64,000 bases of DNA. Origin: Octopus vulgaris (lineage: Eukaryota). The stretch's first letter is position 1, and each line of letters opens with the position of its first letter. A model generated the notes under the pieces. It ran no database searches. It had not been told where the DNA came from and worked only from the letters and a program-made list of their open reading frames with translations. Made by a program: the position numbers and the translations under genes. Location of the stretch: contig OX597842.1 of assembly GCA_951406725.2 (NCBI GenBank), forward strand, positions 20,088,001 to 20,152,000, read 5' to 3'. This document shows positions 61,790 through 64,000 of the stretch, piece after piece.

Positions 61790-64000
61790 CTCCCAGTACT
61801 GCTTGATAACCGATGCTGGTGTGTCTACGTCCACGTTAATTAGCGGTTTGGCAAAAGAGAACCGATAGAATAAGTACTAGGCTTACAAAGAATAAATCCT
61901 GGGGTCGATTTGCTCGACAAAAGGCGGTGCTCCAGCATGGCCACAGTCAAATGACTGAAACAAGTAAAAAGAGAAAGAGAAAGAGAATATAACCCCCCCA
62001 CACACACACACCTTGGTATTGACCCCCTCATCCTTTGCCCTTGTGGCAAATAAAAGAAACCCTTATTATATACAACTATCACCTGAGTCCATTGTGAAGA
62101 TGGCCCCTCTACTTTCCTTCAACCAAGAAGGGCAACCAGTATTTATCTGCTCGGGGCCCATGGCAAAGGGGATCATATAGTGGACATGTCTGAAAGGGCT
62201 GAAGACCAGCAATTGCCATTTTGTCAAAACCCTAATAAACTTTGTCAGGTTTCACTTGAAGAGGAAAATCAAGGTGGAGAGGTAAGTGCTGGCTTCCAAG
62301 CAGTTTGTTGAAAGGTGGGTGAGAGGGGTGAGCATTACCTGAGTGAATGGGCCTTCTCTCAGAGTGTACCTGTATATTGGAGAGGAAAGACCAGGAGAGG
62401 GCATCCACCCTGGTGGTCAGGGAGACCATGGATTTTGTGGGCTTTCTTTACGTGTGGCCCTTCAAAGTCCCCAAACTATCAGGGATGTTACTTTGAATTT
62501 CTTTTATTCTTTGTATGACTTTTTACATGCTAAAACCCACACTGGACCCTCCCGAATGTTTTGCTTTGAGTTAGCCCTCTGTGGTTAATAAAGAAATTAC
62601 TATAAATCATTTCCTTACTCTTTATCTCCAAATCAATTCTTCCAATATTAAGGTTGTCATCTTCAAATTTCCAAGTCAAACATTTCTCAGTTACTTTTTT
62701 GATCCAAAGCGTGGAGGTATCTCTTAAATGAGTCACTTTATAGTCAGGGCCATCAGCGCATGTCCTGTCACATTCATATTTATAATTCTGGCACTTCCAA
62801 ACCACCGGTCGTTTCATATTAGGTATTGTTATCGAAAGGGTGAGGTTTCTATTGAGCACAGCAGGTCCTGAAATAACGAAATCAGTTAAGAAGTTTGCTT
62901 CCAAATCATATGGTCCTGGGTTCAGTCCCACTACACAGCACCTTGGGAAAGTGTCTTCTACTACAGCATCAGCCTTGTGAGTGGATTTGGTAGATGGAAA
63001 TTGAAAGAAGCCCATTGTATGTATATGTGTGTGTGTTTGTGTATGTATATGTGTGTGTATATATATACATACACACTTGTGTGTTTCAAAGCCTTGTGAG
63101 TGTATTTGATAGATGGAAACTGAAAGAAGCCCATTATTTATATATATGTAAATAGAAATAGAAAATTATTATTTCTAAGTCACTGAACAAGAAACATTCA
63201 GTAACATTAATCGAGAGTAAAGATTACTTGCCAACATAATATGGCAGTCCTAGCTAGGATGATTGTTACTGTTATTTAGCCCCAGGAAACACTGCCTCCA
63301 GCTGGGTATATGACACGCTATCTATGTCTTATGGGATGCTAAACTCCCTTGTTTGAAAATATAAGGATGCAGCTAGTGCGTCATATAGCCAGCTGGAGAC
63401 GATGTTTACTAGGGCTAAAGAACAGTAACAATCGTCCTAACCAGGACCGCCACATTATGTTGGCGAATAATCTTTACCCTAGAGTACTGTTACTCAATGT
63501 CTTGTTCAGAGATTTAGAAATAATTTTCTATTTGTTAGATCAGTGACTGTGTGTCACTTTGAAAAGTATATATTTTGGACTAGAGTTTAGTGGAGTCATC
63601 TCTAGCTGAGCAGTTATTCTGTGCTGATGAAGGGAAATAACCCAGAGACCATTGGTATGCAGATAGATGATGTTTCCTAAGACTAAATTTACAGTATCAT
63701 TCGTCCTAACCAAGACTGCCACATTATGTTGGCAAATATATATATATATAAGTTCAGCAAAAATTTAGATTCAAATGAATATGGTACTTAATTTAGATGC
63801 ACCAGAATTTTGTATGGTGTTATCCATAGAAATCCGTGGGGTGATTATAATGAAAATAAGCAACAAGAATGACTCCAGTAATTTGGTACGATCGTTTCGT
63901 ACTACATCATTTTATTAAATTTTGTAAGTATTACAACAGTTTTAAAATACTGAGCACTCATCAGCCAATTATAGAGGTTTTCTGTTAATACAAAAATTTT
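61790..64000. repeat. Segmental duplication of the window start
   Basis: 61790-63015 matches 1-1206 (and 2899-3828). 63015-64000 matches 3828-4805. Confidence 0.9.
62619..62867 (-). CDS. Exon: atypical Ig-like domain of right-hand paralogue
   Basis: AG at 62869-62868 and GT at 62618. 249 nt, phase 1/1: GPAVLNRNLTLSITIPNMKRPVVWKCQNYKYECDRTCADGPDYKVTHLRDTSTLWIKKVTEKCLTWKFEDDNLNIGRIDLEIK. Confidence 0.85.

Overview
AT-rich, repeat-dense animal genomic DNA. It is most likely an octopus/coleoid cephalopod, inferred from the CDICGKSF/HTGEKP C2H2 zinc-finger paralogues and the tRNA-headed SINE families. Host genes: (1) a spliced minus-strand gene that the ORF track misses, with a signal-peptide exon 8100-8145 and two phase-1 modules of [39-nt microexon + 249-nt atypical Ig-like exon] at 5656-5694/3432-3680 and 2815-2853/810-1058. 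A paralogue about 59-62 kb away has an Ig-like exon at 62619-62867 and a GPI-signal-like terminal exon at 61397-61494. (2) An orphan H2B/H2A pair whose shared promoter and H2A 5' end are replaced by a Tx1/L1-type LINE. (3) Two tandem C2H2 ZNF paralogues. The main mobile element is a compact, young 4.18-kb LTR retrotransposon (22497-26676, TSD GAGTG). Its primer-binding site is complementary to the 5'-terminal 12 nt of tRNA-Phe instead of a tRNA 3' end. The remainder is SINEs (including tandem arrays of SINE heads), RTE/CR1/Tx1 fragments, Helitrons, MITEs, Penelope-like hairpins, decayed piggyBac/hAT/pogo/mariner transposases and satellites. All alignments and counts were done by eye; no searches were run.
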